Source: Phoronis australis
Taxonomy: Eukaryota > Animalia > Phoronida
Assembly: GCA_002633005.1 (NCBI GenBank)
Contig: NMRA01000153.1
Span: forward strand, 392,158 to 456,157
DNA length: 64,000 nucleotides
Reading direction: 5' to 3'
The number at the start of each line of letters is the position of its first letter. Position 1 is the stretch's first letter. Under the pieces are notes generated by a model. The model worked only from the letters and a program-made list of their open reading frames with translations, was not told the DNA's origin and did not search any database. Below are positions 29,301 through 44,300 of the stretch, in pieces. A program made the translations under genes and the position numbers.

Positions 29301-32300
29301 GCATTGTAGCTGAGTGGTTGAGATCACATGTCATTCTGTGACTCTTAGGTGCTGACCACTGGCAGGATATTCAGCATATCAATCAAATAAAATTAGGCCT
29401 GCGGTATATGTGAATACAGCAACAGCAGAGTGTGCATGCGTGTGTCTGCGTGTGTGTCTGTCTGTGCGTATCTGAATCCATAGACTGAGCCTTATTTCTA
29501 AGCACAGTTCTAACCAGTGCATGTGTGTATATGGTTGTTGCCATGGTGACTAATGTCTCAACAATCAAACTTTGAAACTTCCACATCAGGTAAGTAGTCA
29601 AAAACTTTAATAAGTAAAACCTATGACCACTTTCTTTAAACAGACTTAAATTGAAGTTTTATCCTAAAATTGACACAAATATAAGATGTCTTAGCTAAGA
29701 CAGTTTTCTTGTAACATGCCCCAGTACTTGAATAGCACCAGATTATATTAGATAACTATTTAAAAAAAATCAAAAGAGGACTTACAGGGCCTTTCCAACA
29801 GCAACCCCGCCCCACGCCAGCAGGTGTTTGTTGCTTAACAGTTCCGCCCCAGGCACAGGGGCAGCGAGACCCTGAGGAGGGCTCTCTACCATCTCACCGT
29901 CAGTCACCACTCCTTGCAGTTGGACCTCGTACGCTCGACCGTTTGGTTCAATACACAGCAGTAACTGACTAGAGAACATAATTACAGGAAACGTCACTCA
30001 AATGGACAGTAATTATTTCAATGTATAATGTAATGGCGCAAGACTAGCTTCCATAGGGAAAATGCAGCTTTCCTTCAGAAAGTTAAGTCTATGATAATTC
30101 TTTTTGTCAAAACATAATGATCCTGTCGTTATTGAAATTCAGCAAGATTTTCTCACAGACGAGAAGGTGAAATATAGTGCACGTGACCATTTGAAGCACT
30201 ACATACAAGGCCTTTCAAAAATATGGATCCGATTCCTAATAATTTGATAACGCGATCCCATGTTTCACTTATAATACATAGCCAGAGTGGTATGACAGCT
30301 TTAGTGCACGTAGCACTGGATACATTCATTGACAGTATGTACCTGAGATATTCCAACTTTCCGTCCACTTTTGGCGTAAACTTGACTACCACCTCTGTCT
30401 CCTCATTAGACGCCACTTTCACACGGGACGGCAACACCATGAACTGATCATCCCAGTCCGTCACACACAAGGACACGTCTAGAGGAATGTTGCCAGCATT
30501 GCGTATGGGTACTAAAGCAGTGGTCGGCTCTCCATGACTTGTCTTCATCAATACATGCTGTAAGACAATTAAACAAAACATGTCCAGAAATGGGAGCATT
30601 TTTAAAGAACATCAGTGTTGCTTATCATAGACGACTAGTTAAACAGCAAAGAACAAAGAAGACATTGTAAATGTCACAGCAATGTTTTTACACAGGTAGC
30701 AATAACCAGGGCTTGGAATGACCAATGACAAAAAACGCGGAAACTTTTACGGCCCAAATCATGCGCACTACCCAGCCTTGAAAGGTCGATGTGAACCTTT
30801 CCCCGACAAAAATCGGGAGGATTAAAACAAAAAACCTTACCACCATCAGTAGCATGCGTCTGCGTCCTTTTAGTTCGCCCGTCGACTCCCAATCCACACA
30901 CTTTTGGCTGCAGAGCCGTAATATTTGTCGCCGCGGTTTACAGTAACACGGGACGCCATTGAAAATCCCACCACGCTATCCCAGATGCCCCGGCAATGTT
31001 GACAATTTACGTTCCTCCGAAACATAAAGAGCAACTTCCGCTTTTCGAGGTGAACGTCGTCTGCAACGCCGCGGTAAGAAAGGAATTTGCCGCGGAAATT
31101 TTATATCAAATCCCGATTTTTTTACGCGGAAATATTATAAAGTGCGCGGAAAGAACATTTGAAAAATCCGCGTTTCCGCGGAAAATTCCAAGCCCTGAAT
31201 AACATCCCAATATCTTCTGAACAGATCAACTGGTTACCTGCATAACGAAGAACATCAAAACACAACTAGAACCACCCTATGATGAGCAAAAAATAATTGC
31301 TAGGCCACCACGTTTTTTTAGGAACCGTGTAAAAGGGCACTAATCTCTAGATTGCAATACTGTAAATCCCATTTACACGACAGTGTCAGTAAGATAAAGG
31401 CCTGCCACGCCAGAATATTCTTAGTCTCACACACCTCCATGTTTCTAGGCACGTGAAGACGCGCACTACCCACAATGCACTTCAATACAACACAACCTAT
31501 GGATGAGTCGGGCGATGGTGAGTCGACCTCAATGTCGATACGAGCACTGAACTCCTCAGGAGGCATCGTCAAACTACCTGCAATGTCAAGGTTATGATAG
31601 AGCTATTTACGACACTCAGAATCAGTACGGTTATAGGAAGCCCCAGACTTCGGCATACTTTTAACAAGGCTTACCAACCAGTGTGAAGCAATTACAAAGT
31701 TGATTACTTTGTGTACGTTCAAATCCTCTCTCGTAATGACAGCACAAACCCACAACTGTCCTACTGAAGACAGTTTTTAACAAATAGACCACATCAAATA
31801 AAAATGTAGTGATTTTAAATGCAATTTCAAACAGGTGTTCCATCTGAAATTATGTTTCCAATGACAATACTATATTTGTCATGATTTACATTTATCTTGT
31901 TTTACAAAAGGAAAATTGCGAAATAAAATAGAACAGCAAACCAAACAAAGAGTACTGTAGTGTCATGTATTAGCACCTGTCCTTTGATAAGTGTCAGTCT
32001 CGAATGAGGGCCGGGTAAAAGCCAGTTAAAAACACCATTGTTAAGCACCAGTGGTGATCATGCAAGACTCTGACAGCAAATCACTGTTACACAAAGATCT
32101 AATGCATTTCTGTTAATGGAAGGTGTTGATATAGTTTATTAGCGTGTATAGATGACGCTAGTTTTTCAATTAAAATATGGCTTCTCAAGTTCGCTATGAT
32201 AGCTCGTCTTGTTCGTTTACTAGTTTATGAGATTGCGCTAAAAAGTAAGTGAGCAAATCTGGGCATGATGAATAAGTGTCAGGTGTTAATAGTGCCAGCT

Positions 32301-35300
32301 TGGAATAAACGCTGGGTCAAAAAATGTTTCAGAAAAACTAAGTGTCCAGGCACTAATGTGAGACACTACGGTTTTCGTACTTTTGTCAAATCGCTGAGGA
32401 GCACGGAAGAGAACTCGGATACTCCTGGAAGACTCGGCATTCTGTCGGCCCTCACTGCAACCGTCCAGAATCAAGTTCACAAGCGACTTTGTGTTGGATA
32501 TCACAGATGTGTTGTTGGGACTCGACTGACAGTCAAACATGAAACAGTGCCACGACGATTTACTCTGGAAACATCAATAACATTGTAATCACTGGTTTGG
32601 CATTGGATGTAACAGATGGTGGCACTGCGACTATACAAGCAATCAAACACGAAACTGTGCTAAAAAATTGTCTTGAAGTAAGTCTTAGCAACTAATAAAA
32701 ACGAACACAGACAAAATTAAGACAATGCTTCTAACAAACAAAACTACAAATTTAGTACATTCAACAAGGCCAAGAAGAAAAACCTCCAGTATGTAAGCTG
32801 TAGAAAGTTAGCGTGCTAATGAATCAAAATTAAAAAAATGAAAAGCATCTATGAGACGACTTCACTAGTGAACATCATTTTGGGTAGATGACCTGCAGTA
32901 GTTCAAGGCACATACCGTAGATATAGTCATCCTGACTGGTACTTTAGCCAGCCCATTATTGACAAGAGTGATTGGAAGATCCTTACTACATCCCCAGGGC
33001 ATGTCTCCAAAGTTCAACATTCTGTCGCCCTCGGTGACCACCTAAGCAACAGAAACAACTTGAAAACACATTGTCTTTAGTCACAACTGGCAGTAAATGT
33101 TCCTTGAGAAATAAAGTGAGGTAAAAAAGGTAAAAAAATAATAAGATTGAAGTCATTGATAATCTTTAAAAAAAAAACAGATTTTTGTTATTTTAGATAT
33201 ATTTTTGTTATTTTAGATATATAGTAATGTTGAAACTTTAGATATATTTTTGTTACTTCAGATATATTTTTGTTACTTTAAATATATTTTTGTAATTTTA
33301 GATATATTTTTGTAATTTTAGATATATTTTTGTTATTTCACTAGGTATATTTCTCTACCAAGAGAATTCCAGTAATATAAGGAATAGAATGATGTAAACA
33401 CTCAAGTACAGGTACATCAAAGACACGGGAAGTAGCCTTTTCGCGAAACACTGCGTTACCACGAGAACAAAGAATGAAAGGCCGAAAGTAGTTGCATTGA
33501 GTAGGGGTGTGGCTAGAATATTGCACAAGGATTATTGCAGTGTCATGGCAGAATGCAAGTTAATATGGCTGTGGTGAAGTGTCACCAATTTATGACACAA
33601 TACGGCCAACATAAAGTATAAAGCACCAAATTACTGCTTTATTGTGTTCAACTTAAATGTATGACATCTACCATCACACACAATTTTGAAAACTTCTGGA
33701 TATTCATAATTTTTGTCCGAAATTGGTGAGATTTTACTGTACTTGCTTTACATTTGGGAAATTCATGGCACTGATGTGCTGAGAGAGATGGTCAAAACAT
33801 ACTGCAGGAACCACACTAACACATGTTACCATTCAAGGTATGTTTTAACTCACTGGGAAATAGTATGAAGATACCCCGACACATCAGAGGGTGTGTGGAT
33901 GCACAAACTATTCTCACTCTATGTTATTTCTTTGAATAACACTTAGTGGTACTCAGTGTCACCATTTTCGTCTCGTATAAGGTGTGCAAGTCTACTATGT
34001 TGTGAAAATGTAGTAAAAATATTTACTTTTAACATAGCTCCAATGAAATTATTTACAAACACAAACACTTAATAATTGAGTTGTTATCTAACAGCACATT
34101 GATATCATGACTAACATTTGGCGTGTATATAATAGTTCTAACTTACACAATCCCAATAATTATTTTAGCTCAACTCAAACCATAGTATTCTGTTCAATTT
34201 AAGGGATACGAGAAAATTTCAGCACTAGTTACCTGTATGTTGGGTTTCTCGGCCACAGCTTGTACAGTGACAAGAGACGGTACTCTGTCTGGCTCGAGGG
34301 GGAGGTCAGACACCACTGGACTAGGGGTGACATCTAGTTGGGCCACGTACACGCCAGGTAACTTCGGCAGGAATACCACCTGAAGCAAGAATTGATATCA
34401 CATCAGGGAGCGCTTTTCTAAGAGTCTATTGTCTTTTGTCTAAAAATCAATCTACAGATGGTTTAGCCTATTTTATGAAATCAGGTTTAAGGCTAAAAAT
34501 CAGAAAATGAACCTACAACTCAAAGTCCAGAAATCTATGGTCAACTCGGGAGCAAACTAAATGTTAAAGGATTGTTTGAGAAAGACTCTGGTTCAAGAGT
34601 TAAGTATCACACTGCTGGACAGGTGCATAATTGGTTACATAGTCATAAAGTAGCGTGAGCGAGAACGTGACATCTGCAGCAAGGATGGAGACAGCATTTA
34701 AGTGAATAAATACCAAGAGCTAACAATGTGTCAATTAGAATATTTGTGGAGACACGTATTTTGTGTGAGATTAGCTTCACATTCAAGCCTCAGGTATATC
34801 TAAGAAGTTGACTATGGGTTTAGTTTAAAAGGTAACTATGCTTCGTGATTGCGCGTGGGTGGAGAGAGAATGATTAAGCAAAGTAATTAATTTTATTATA
34901 CAATAACCACTAATTAATAGAAATGAAACCTGTTGTTAAGTACATTAACAATGTACGCTAGCGCCCTCTGTAAGGATAACTTCAATCAATTAACCATAAA
35001 CAGTCAAACACCTTATTTGCTATCCAAAAGTCATTCATTTTCCACTTAAATCAAGAAAACATTGGCCAATAGGCCCATCCTGGATAGAACTCTCCCTCTT
35101 TTGCTTTTGTGAAGAAATACATTGCATCACTGACCTACTTTTCAAAATGTCAGGCACTCCTCAGTTGATTAACATTGGAAGCACATCCAGCACTGACCTT
35201 TGACCTTTTTGCCAATGTCTTGGTGTCGGCATTGCAACTCAAAATGAAGCAGTGCGATGATGAAATACAAAATAATTAGGATACCAAATGGTGACAAGTA

Positions 35301-38300
35301 CATTTACATGTGAAGAGGCAGGAAAAGTGCTTGACACACGTGTTGCATTGTGGGTAAGTATCTACGAATGAGAGTGATGCTGTGCTATTTCAGGACGGGC
35401 TTGTTTAACTTTCATTTTCTACTTACACAGAACCTAAGAAACCGAACCATAATTACAGAGCATTACCTTTAATTCCTCAGTGGCGCCAGGTTCTACGATG
35501 GTTTTCTCCTTCAATGTGAAAGGGTTCGACTGACGACTTATCTGATCAACCCCATCCAGTCGCACCCATGTGATCTTCATAACACACTGGACCCATCGGT
35601 TTGTGGGGTTCTTAAGGGTCAACACCGCTTGCGTGGAGAGACCAATGCAGCAAACGTCGGCAAACCGTAGATTAGGTGGCGCTGTGATATTAGCTTTGGC
35701 TGTAACTGTCATAGCAGTGTTGGGTTGAGGAGGAACACCTAAAGAAACAAAATCTAGCCATGGGATGATGAACTCAGTAGTCACAACATATGTGAACTCA
35801 GCAGTCATAACACAAGAGAGCATTACCTTACATGGTATGGTGAACTCTACATTCACAACACAAGACAACATTATCTTACATGGGATGGCGAACTCTGCAA
35901 TTACAACACAGGAGAACATTATCTCACATTCTAATTTCACTTTTATTACTGATTGACATTGGCCATGTGGGTAAATACTATTATCATATATTCCTTGATG
36001 TTGTCCAACACTAAATGAGTCGCAGATGCTGTGGCAGCCCAACATAAACTGAGTTTATAAGCATTTAAAGTTGCAAAACACAGACAGGCTTCCAAGCTTA
36101 ATACAATAAGGACAGAAAAATTATTCTTATCCAGCATTATTTTATGTCCAAATTTGTGAAGTGTCTCATTCTATAACTTAATTCATCACTTACCAATACT
36201 GGGGCGAATTTGGTCACTGAAGACAGCTGTTGCAGCGTATGGATATAGACTTGTGGGCAGAAATGTGTTTAGGCCACCAGGGGGCAACGTCGAGGAGCCA
36301 CTTTGGTACACATGAGTCCTATAATNCTAATTTCACTTTTATTACTGATTGACATTGGCCATGTGGGTAAATACTATTATCATATATTCCTTCCAAGCTT
36401 AATACAATAAGGACAGAAAAATTATTCTTATCCAGCATTATTTTATGTCCAAATTTGTGAAGTGTCTCATTCTATAACTTAATTCATCACTTACCAATAC
36501 TGGGGCGAATTTGGTCACTGAAGACAGCTGTTGCAGCGTATGGATATAGACTTGTGGGCAGAAATGTGTTTAGGCCACCAGGGGGCAACGTCGAGGAGCC
36601 ACTTTGGTACACATGAGTCCTATAATCGCCCATATACATTGGTGGCTGGGCGGGGACGATGCCAGCGGGGTGACCCATATCCAGGTTATGAGAGTACCTG
36701 ACCGCATGAGAGTGAACTTGCGGTGTGACGATGCTACTGACGACATGAGTCCTGCCAGGCGGATGGAGTCCCGCATCAGAGACATACAGCGTCGGTGCTG
36801 GCCCCAGTCTGTATGGCTGGTGGCTGGCATGATATGCGTAGTCGTCTACAGCGTAATCTCCATCATAGACATGCTCAGCAGACCTGACTGAGTCACCAAA
36901 CGCTAATGATCCTCGAGTGCAGCTCGATGGTAAGTAATCACCATTGACTGTCCTCCGAACATGCCTGCTGGCATCAGAAGCATGAGGACTGGGAGATACA
37001 ATTCCGACACTGGATCTTTTGGATGCCCTGGATTCTGGTGATCTCGATACCCTATTTCGTGAGGCAGGAGATCCTGACAATCTAGAGTCTGGTGAGCGGG
37101 ACCGTCTTCTATAGGATCTAGATTCAGGTGACCTTGACTTGCTGTTTATCGACCTTAGCTCGGGTGACTTTGATCTGTTAAACAATGATCTTGACTCTGG
37201 TGACCTTGACCTATTAACTAATGACCTTGAATCTGAAAATTGTGACTTATTTGTCAAAACCTTGGAATCGGGTGACCTTGACTTAAACACAAATGTTCCA
37301 GAACCAACTAACTTTGACTTAGACGTTTCCACTCCAGACTCTGGCGATCTGGTCTTACCAACGTGGCTAATAGGCAAAGAACAATGGTTTAGAGATCCAG
37401 GAGAAACACTGGCAACTGGGAGTGATTCTTTTTGGTTTCTTGTAGTGTAATTCTCCTTGTCTGCAGATATCTTTGACATGAAGACATTCTCTTTTGAAGA
37501 GGGGCCATCTTGTTCCTCCTTATCACCAGCACCAATACGATTCTTCCTAGAGGTAACAGAACTGGGTCGTGGTGACTGCCAGACACCACCTTGTCCTTTG
37601 TCGTCAGCCAACACTTGCTCACCTTCAGCTGCACCATCTGTTCCACCGACATCCTGTTTTAATTCCACATCACCATCATCCTGGCTTGAATCGGAATCCA
37701 TCTCATCCTGCATCCTGGCTAGACGTTCCGCATGTTTCGCTGGCAAGACAAATGAGGTGCTCAGACGCGAATGATCGGGCACGGTACGATCCCCATCGCA
37801 GTCAAACGCGTACACGCGACTGAAGTCAGACGGTTGTGGTTCACCTTCCTTTGAGAGCAAGACAATGGAACCTTTGGGCTCATCCTTCAAGGAGATAGTC
37901 TCATCCTTCAAGGAGATAGTCTCGTCCCCTAACTCCTCGTGTTCCTTAACATGAGTTTCCTTGGAATTGTTATTCCGGTTGTGGACAGGGTGGGATTCCT
38001 TGTTACCGAAAGGATGTTCTTCCACAATAGGCTGACGATGTATGTGTCTCACCACATGGCTTTTAGACACTTTATCACCTTTCTTACTACTTCTTCTTCC
38101 TTCGTCAGACATACACAAGTCCCCACCTTGCTGAACAAGAGAAAGCACCTGCTTTCGCAACTCAATCATCTCACTGTCAGCACCTCTTGATGACATCTGT
38201 CCACCACTGTCCTGCTCATCTCTTTTTCGACCAAGAGCAAATTCTGCATTAATAGAGTCATTTATTTGGCTTTCACTATCTCCCGACATCACCTTTCCGT

Positions 38301-41300
38301 TATCATTGGACACATATTCAATTCTCTCTTTGGGAACGCTCTCAGGCAAAAGCTTGTCTCCTTTTGCAGGTGCCTCACTGTTAGAACCAGTTTGTGTTGA
38401 AAATAAGTCAAGGTTTCTCCCGCTGATTTCCCTGGAACTGCCAGAGCCCGCAGACAATGACTCGGTCCGTGAATTACCCTCAGCTTTTCCTGAAATCATG
38501 TCCAGTTTATCAATTCCCCTATCACTTTCATCTCGTCGTACGATTGGCTCCAGGTTAACATGCTCAGCTTGACTGCCAGTAACATCTGTTGGTTGCTTCT
38601 GTAAAACACTTTTCATAGCTGATGAGACAATGGAGCTCTTCAATACTGGAGGTTCACTTGTAAAACTCTTGCCTTCACCACATTCCCGTTCGCCGACATA
38701 AAAATCGCTAGAACCTTGCTGTTGATCACACTGGTCTTTTTGGGTTGATGTGTTCCCTTTATTCAATAAAGGTCTTTTCGAGTCAAACTTCAGGTGCTCA
38801 TAGAATCTGTGACCAGACAATGTCTGAGTATTATCTATCACACCACATAAGCTTGACTTATTAGGCATCATCTTCAAATCTTTCTTGCTAGTATGCACCA
38901 GAGATGGTACATAATCTCCACTTCTAAGCAATGGTTTCTGTATAAGTTTCTCTATTTGAGGCTTTTCAGCATCGCTGTGTTCCTTTGAATTTCCCCTACG
39001 AGACAATGAGTTATTTTTTGCCAAGTCGGACTGGTTATCTTTACAGCTTTCATTACTTCTAGGTAAACCTACCGACCGCCTTGTTTTACGAACTGGAATC
39101 ATGGATTGAATTTGTTGTCTTGGCGAGAGGCAACCGCTTTTTTGTGCCGGCTCTAATGCACGGGTCGAGTTCTGAACAACATGCTTTGTATGTTTGTCTT
39201 TTCTATCTAGCTGTAAGCCCGTATCAGCGCTCGTTGCAACATAATGTGATCTTGACTGACTTATTTCTTCAGGGCACTCCAACACAGGACCATGCTCAAG
39301 GGTAATGGATTTTTGAGCAGCAAAGGTGACCTTGGTCGGTTTTGGCTCTTCTCGAACCTCTGAAATAGTTAAACTTGGCGCAATTTTTTTGTTGGCATGT
39401 TCGATGCGTTGCTGCCGTGCGATGCGTTTGACAGCCACTCTGTCATTCGACATTTTCAACACAATATCCGCCAACTCGGAAGGTTTTTGCGACGCCGATG
39501 CTGACTGTATACACTGATAGATGGCACTGTTATTGATGAAGCCCGTTCTTTCACCAGCCGGAGTGCTGGCATTACTATACAGTTCCACTGGGGTTGAGCA
39601 CCCACTGGTGTCCGGAGTGTGTACTACATTATCCTTTTGCTCAACTACGACAACAGCTGATGGTTCTGTGGAGTCAGGGCTCGCCACCAGATCTTTAAGA
39701 TCAAGTCCAGCACCCTCCGGACTGACCTCTGTGTTAGATTTGGCTGTTGGCTTACGCGCTTTTGACTTCTCGTCTCTTTCAACATCTAAAAACAATCAGA
39801 AGCAGAAGGTAGGTTACAAGTGTTGACCATCATTTTTATAAATTAATTGAAAAGATTACATAGAGCAAAACACACATGCTAGAAAAGCCATGACATGGTG
39901 TATCCAGGAAGACCACCATAAAACTGATAACTTTATTCATTGCCACAACTGAAATTCTCACTTCCTTATCTCATATTTTTAAAAATGGAAACTCATTGAA
40001 AACAAAATTATTGAGTTAAAATCAGTATCTCATTAGCCCAGTACAAAACTTTCTTCAATGTTGACAATCCCAGTAATGTTTTGTCACTTCGAGTTCAATT
40101 TTCTTACACTGACTTCTATGTTAATGACCAATCAAAATCAAAATCAAAAAGAGATTTGTGTTGTCTAGTCTGGCAATGGTAAGTCTAATCACAGTTTGCA
40201 AAATGAACATCTTATACACAGATAACCTGTTGAAATGTCCTAAGCATCAGTAATGGAGTGGGATGGCTTAAATCTGCTTAATATTCTATTATATGTACAA
40301 AACAGAATGCCACACCTTACACAATAAACAAGAATCCCTTTAAAAATTGTTAGCACAATAAAACTCCACAACCATGAAACTGGGTACAAAACTGTTCAAG
40401 ATTTTTAGGCTAACTACCAACCGTGTTTTTAATGAATCCAAGCCTGGAAACTTCAAAACAAAAATCAATATCTAAAGACAAGTCTCATCTTTGTGACAGA
40501 ATAAACGTCAACAGCTTGAAAACCAAGGTAAGGGTACAAACATTTCTGGAACGTGATCCTTCAAAAACTTGTTGACAAGGTATTCACTTCACCATCATTA
40601 GTACTATGCACTACTTTTAAATTGTTCTGGGGGGCAGTGTGATATATTGTTCACACTAGTCGCCATTTTCAAGCCCCACGTCTTCCAACCCTTTCCCCAA
40701 ATGTAAACAAAATTTTTTGATATTTTCACTGACCATGATTTATTTCTGTAAGCTGTATGTATACATCAGCCATTATAAAAGTTCCAGGATGTTGCCGTCA
40801 ACTAATTATGGTGATATTTAAGCTGTTGCTTGTTTCATCATTTGAACCATGTGAAAATGCAATAAAGCCTTGAATTGTCTTTTTCCATTGCCATAGTAAT
40901 GCCATCAAAGCGATACACAAGAAGGAAACCTTGACCCCTCCCTCTCTAAAGCATGTTTTGTACACTTAACATGGTGATAATTAAGAGCGGTCATCAGTGT
41001 GAATGATAGAATTCCAGTGTCACCTTGACAGTCTTCCATGATGCTCTGAAGTTGCATAGAGGAAGTCTCTATTAGGGCCACGGGCTTCCTGTTACTTGGA
41101 GGAGTGATGATCTTGTTGCCAAACGTGGGCTGAAAGCAAATCAATAACATGAATCAAAGCAAACTTAATAACTGAACTTTTTAAAAGATAGTGTAATGCG
41201 GATTGCCTCATCAATGGTGAGCACTGCTTTAAATAAGGGCCCTCAACACAGCACAACACATTCCCAATCATTTAAGCAGTCGAATTAAGACACAAGGAGG

Positions 41301-44300
41301 CAAGAAGTCTCATAAACCAACCAGCCAACTCAGAATTAGAAACAAGGTCTCACAAGCAAGAATCCAGTCCAAACCAATCCACCATCTTGTTCTGCTAAGC
41401 TACAGCTCCTGTGAGCTAAAAACTGACCATACTACAATAGAAAACCTTGTACAAAAGAAACTCTTGTGAACAAAGACTCAAGGATTCCAACAATTTTAAG
41501 AAGACAGAATGCACTAAGAGATGAGGGCAGCCACAAACATAGCTTGTGTTCAACCACTAGTGTTCAAAGTGCCATCTGTTCGAAGGCATGTCACACAAAA
41601 ACATTGGTAACTTAGTGAGACATCGAAAACCTTTTAAGTAGCTACGTCAGATGAATTTTTGAAGTTAAAAGTTCCCTTATGACTTTATCTCTAGCCTTAG
41701 CCTATACAAAACAAGGTACATTAATGGCGTACCCTCTCAACACCTTCCTCCCCTTCCAGTGATCCAAGCGCGTGCGTCCTGGTCAGCATGAAGGTGCCGA
41801 TAGACACCCTGACCCTGTCGGACCCCGGCTGACCCAGGTCATCCGCCAGCCAAGATGGCCGCGATATCTCCCTCACGCTGTGAAAGGACCAGTCACTGGT
41901 TGCATTCCTTGACTGGGTTTGATCTTCCTGCAACATAAAGTAAATACGTTGGTTATTCACAAGAAAAAAATCAGTTGCAGGCAACGCGGCCTAGGGGAAG
42001 CGCATTTCTCATTACAGGCAACGCGGCACTACAATTAAGGGGATCATGTGGCAAAGAAGAAAAGCAGAAAATTTATGGTACGAAATTTTCCAAAAATTCT
42101 GTTTCTGTATTCTACTAGTTAAAAAAGCATGAGATTTTCGCCAGATACCTAACCTGTTGAAAATCAAGACTTCGGTTTTTAAGGAGTGTTGTTGTTTTCA
42201 TTTTTGACAGTGGAATTCTCAGGCTTAAGGGCATTAAAAGAAAATCCCAGACAAGCTTTTGTAGCTACTGGAAAAAAGAAACAGAATTTGCAAATTTCAG
42301 GTGTAAAAATCACGACTTTTCATTGTGAAAATTGTAGCGATCTCTATGAAAACGTAAGATTTTTTTTACAGAAAAAAGGCTGTCACGTGATTACGAACAT
42401 CAGGGAATTTTTGTGCACATAAGAAGATTCCGTGATCATCAAGGATTTTAAAAATATATAGTTTTATGGGTCAACAATTCACACCCAAAAATATCATTTC
42501 ATATTTGATCCTTTGTACCAAAAGGTACCTTCAATACTCCTTGTTGTAGAAACTTTGTCTAGTTTATTTAGTCACAACTGTTAGCAGCCAGTCAAAAATA
42601 TGGTTCATTTACAGAAAATTTAAAAACATCCTCCAAGCATGTCGTTTGAAATTAACTCTTTTGCTGGATAATCAAAGTTTAACTACATTGAGACGGGACT
42701 ATACAAGAATACCTGTATCAACTGATGCTCTTTCTTAAATTCCTTTTCATCTGCTTCGAGCAGAGCGATTCCTTCACCTACAAAGTAAGGTGAAGAGAAA
42801 TTGGAAACAAGATGAAAGTGTAACACATCTCTGTTGCCTGCTTATACTGATAAGTGTCTTAAATTGACTTTCATAGGAAGCAAGCACAACAAAAAATAAA
42901 CATTGAGTTTATAAGAGTTTCCCTTCTAACCATAACACAACAAAAATCAACATCTGCACAATTAAAAGTATTTTCTAAAAATAATATGGCTATTTTTAAA
43001 TTAATAAGACATTTCGTAAAACCTACCATCAGACATAAACTGTTCATCTGGAAACTCTCCATCAGTGAACATTCCAGCTTCACTCAAATTGAAGGGGTTT
43101 GATCCACCCTCACCAACACCTAATGATCCCCCAAAGCCCAGCTCTCCCCCCTCAAAGTCGGCAAATATCCCTCCGCCATGTTCAGACGCTGCAAACATTG
43201 TGAACACAAGTTAATAAAGAGCATGACTGTGTTCATCCGAGACTACACGTGTTCATCAAATGACAAAGAAACTGTTTAAAATGCCTTTGATTTTTAAGCA
43301 TGAGTTACTTTTGACGTGTTTTATTGATTGATTGCAAGAAATAAAACTTCAACAGAAATCAAGTGTATCAGTTCTCACACAAAATATGGAAATCAGTTGT
43401 AAGTTCACACAGTTTAAAAATATCTACATTAAGAGTTTATGGACTGTAAATATTTTGGAAGGGGGAGGGGCACTAGAATTGTAGAGTGAACACTGCTGCC
43501 AGTGGCAGAGAATTGCAAAAAAAAACATGCCACTTATCTTGATCTATCAAGATATCAAGGACGAGTACAAAAAAGCAAAAAAGTGAAGAGTAACAAGTCA
43601 CTTAATCTAAATTTTAATAAAGATAACTTAAATTAAATCATCTCAATACAAACCGTCATGACAAACATGACAAAAACACACCAGTTACACAGCAGTTACA
43701 CAGCAGTTACACAGCAGTTACACAGCAGTTACACAGCAGTTACACAGCAGTTACACAGCAGTTACACAGCAGTTACACACCAGTTACACAGCAGTTACAC
43801 ACCAGTTACACACTGTATTGTCTCAGCTGATACAATCATTTATACAGCTTATTGAAGTACTAGTTTGTCAGCAGCCCTTCATTAACACAGGTTTAATGGA
43901 AAACACGACTGAACCTTCCATTGGACATCTTGGTGTACAGATCTACCAGAAGGCAATTCTAAAGCAAATTGCCAATAAACATTACAATGAAACAAGCCAA
44001 AATAAGATCGGAAATTGCCTAGAGTATGAGCGAGTGTACATCAAGTAATCAAACACAAAGATCAGTCGTGATTTCAATCAAGTTTAGTTTATTTAAGAAT
44101 ACGTTTTGTCTATTTTGAGATCGAATGTGATACACTGAGTTTTGAATCCAACGGAGAATGTAAAAGCAAACTTATGCAAACACAGAAACAATTTGACTGA
44201 TACAAGGGCAGGATTTCAACTGTTTAAGTTACTGAGACGGGCTTCTTCCAAACTCAACCTACCTAAACCCTCAACATTCAGACCCTTACTTATGACTAGG

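Noticed and set aside
35739-36045. Hydrophobic Cys-rich N-terminal part of ORF 35434-36045
   Set aside because: Intronic 48-bp repeat read through upstream of the true acceptor at 35738.
36487-39795. 1102-aa ORF as a stand-alone gene
   Set aside because: Bounded by splice sites in phase with the flanking CEP192 exons and contains a CEP192 motif.
36570-39826. Many overlapping + strand and alternate-frame ORFs
   Set aside because: Antisense or frame shadows of CEP192 exon 17.
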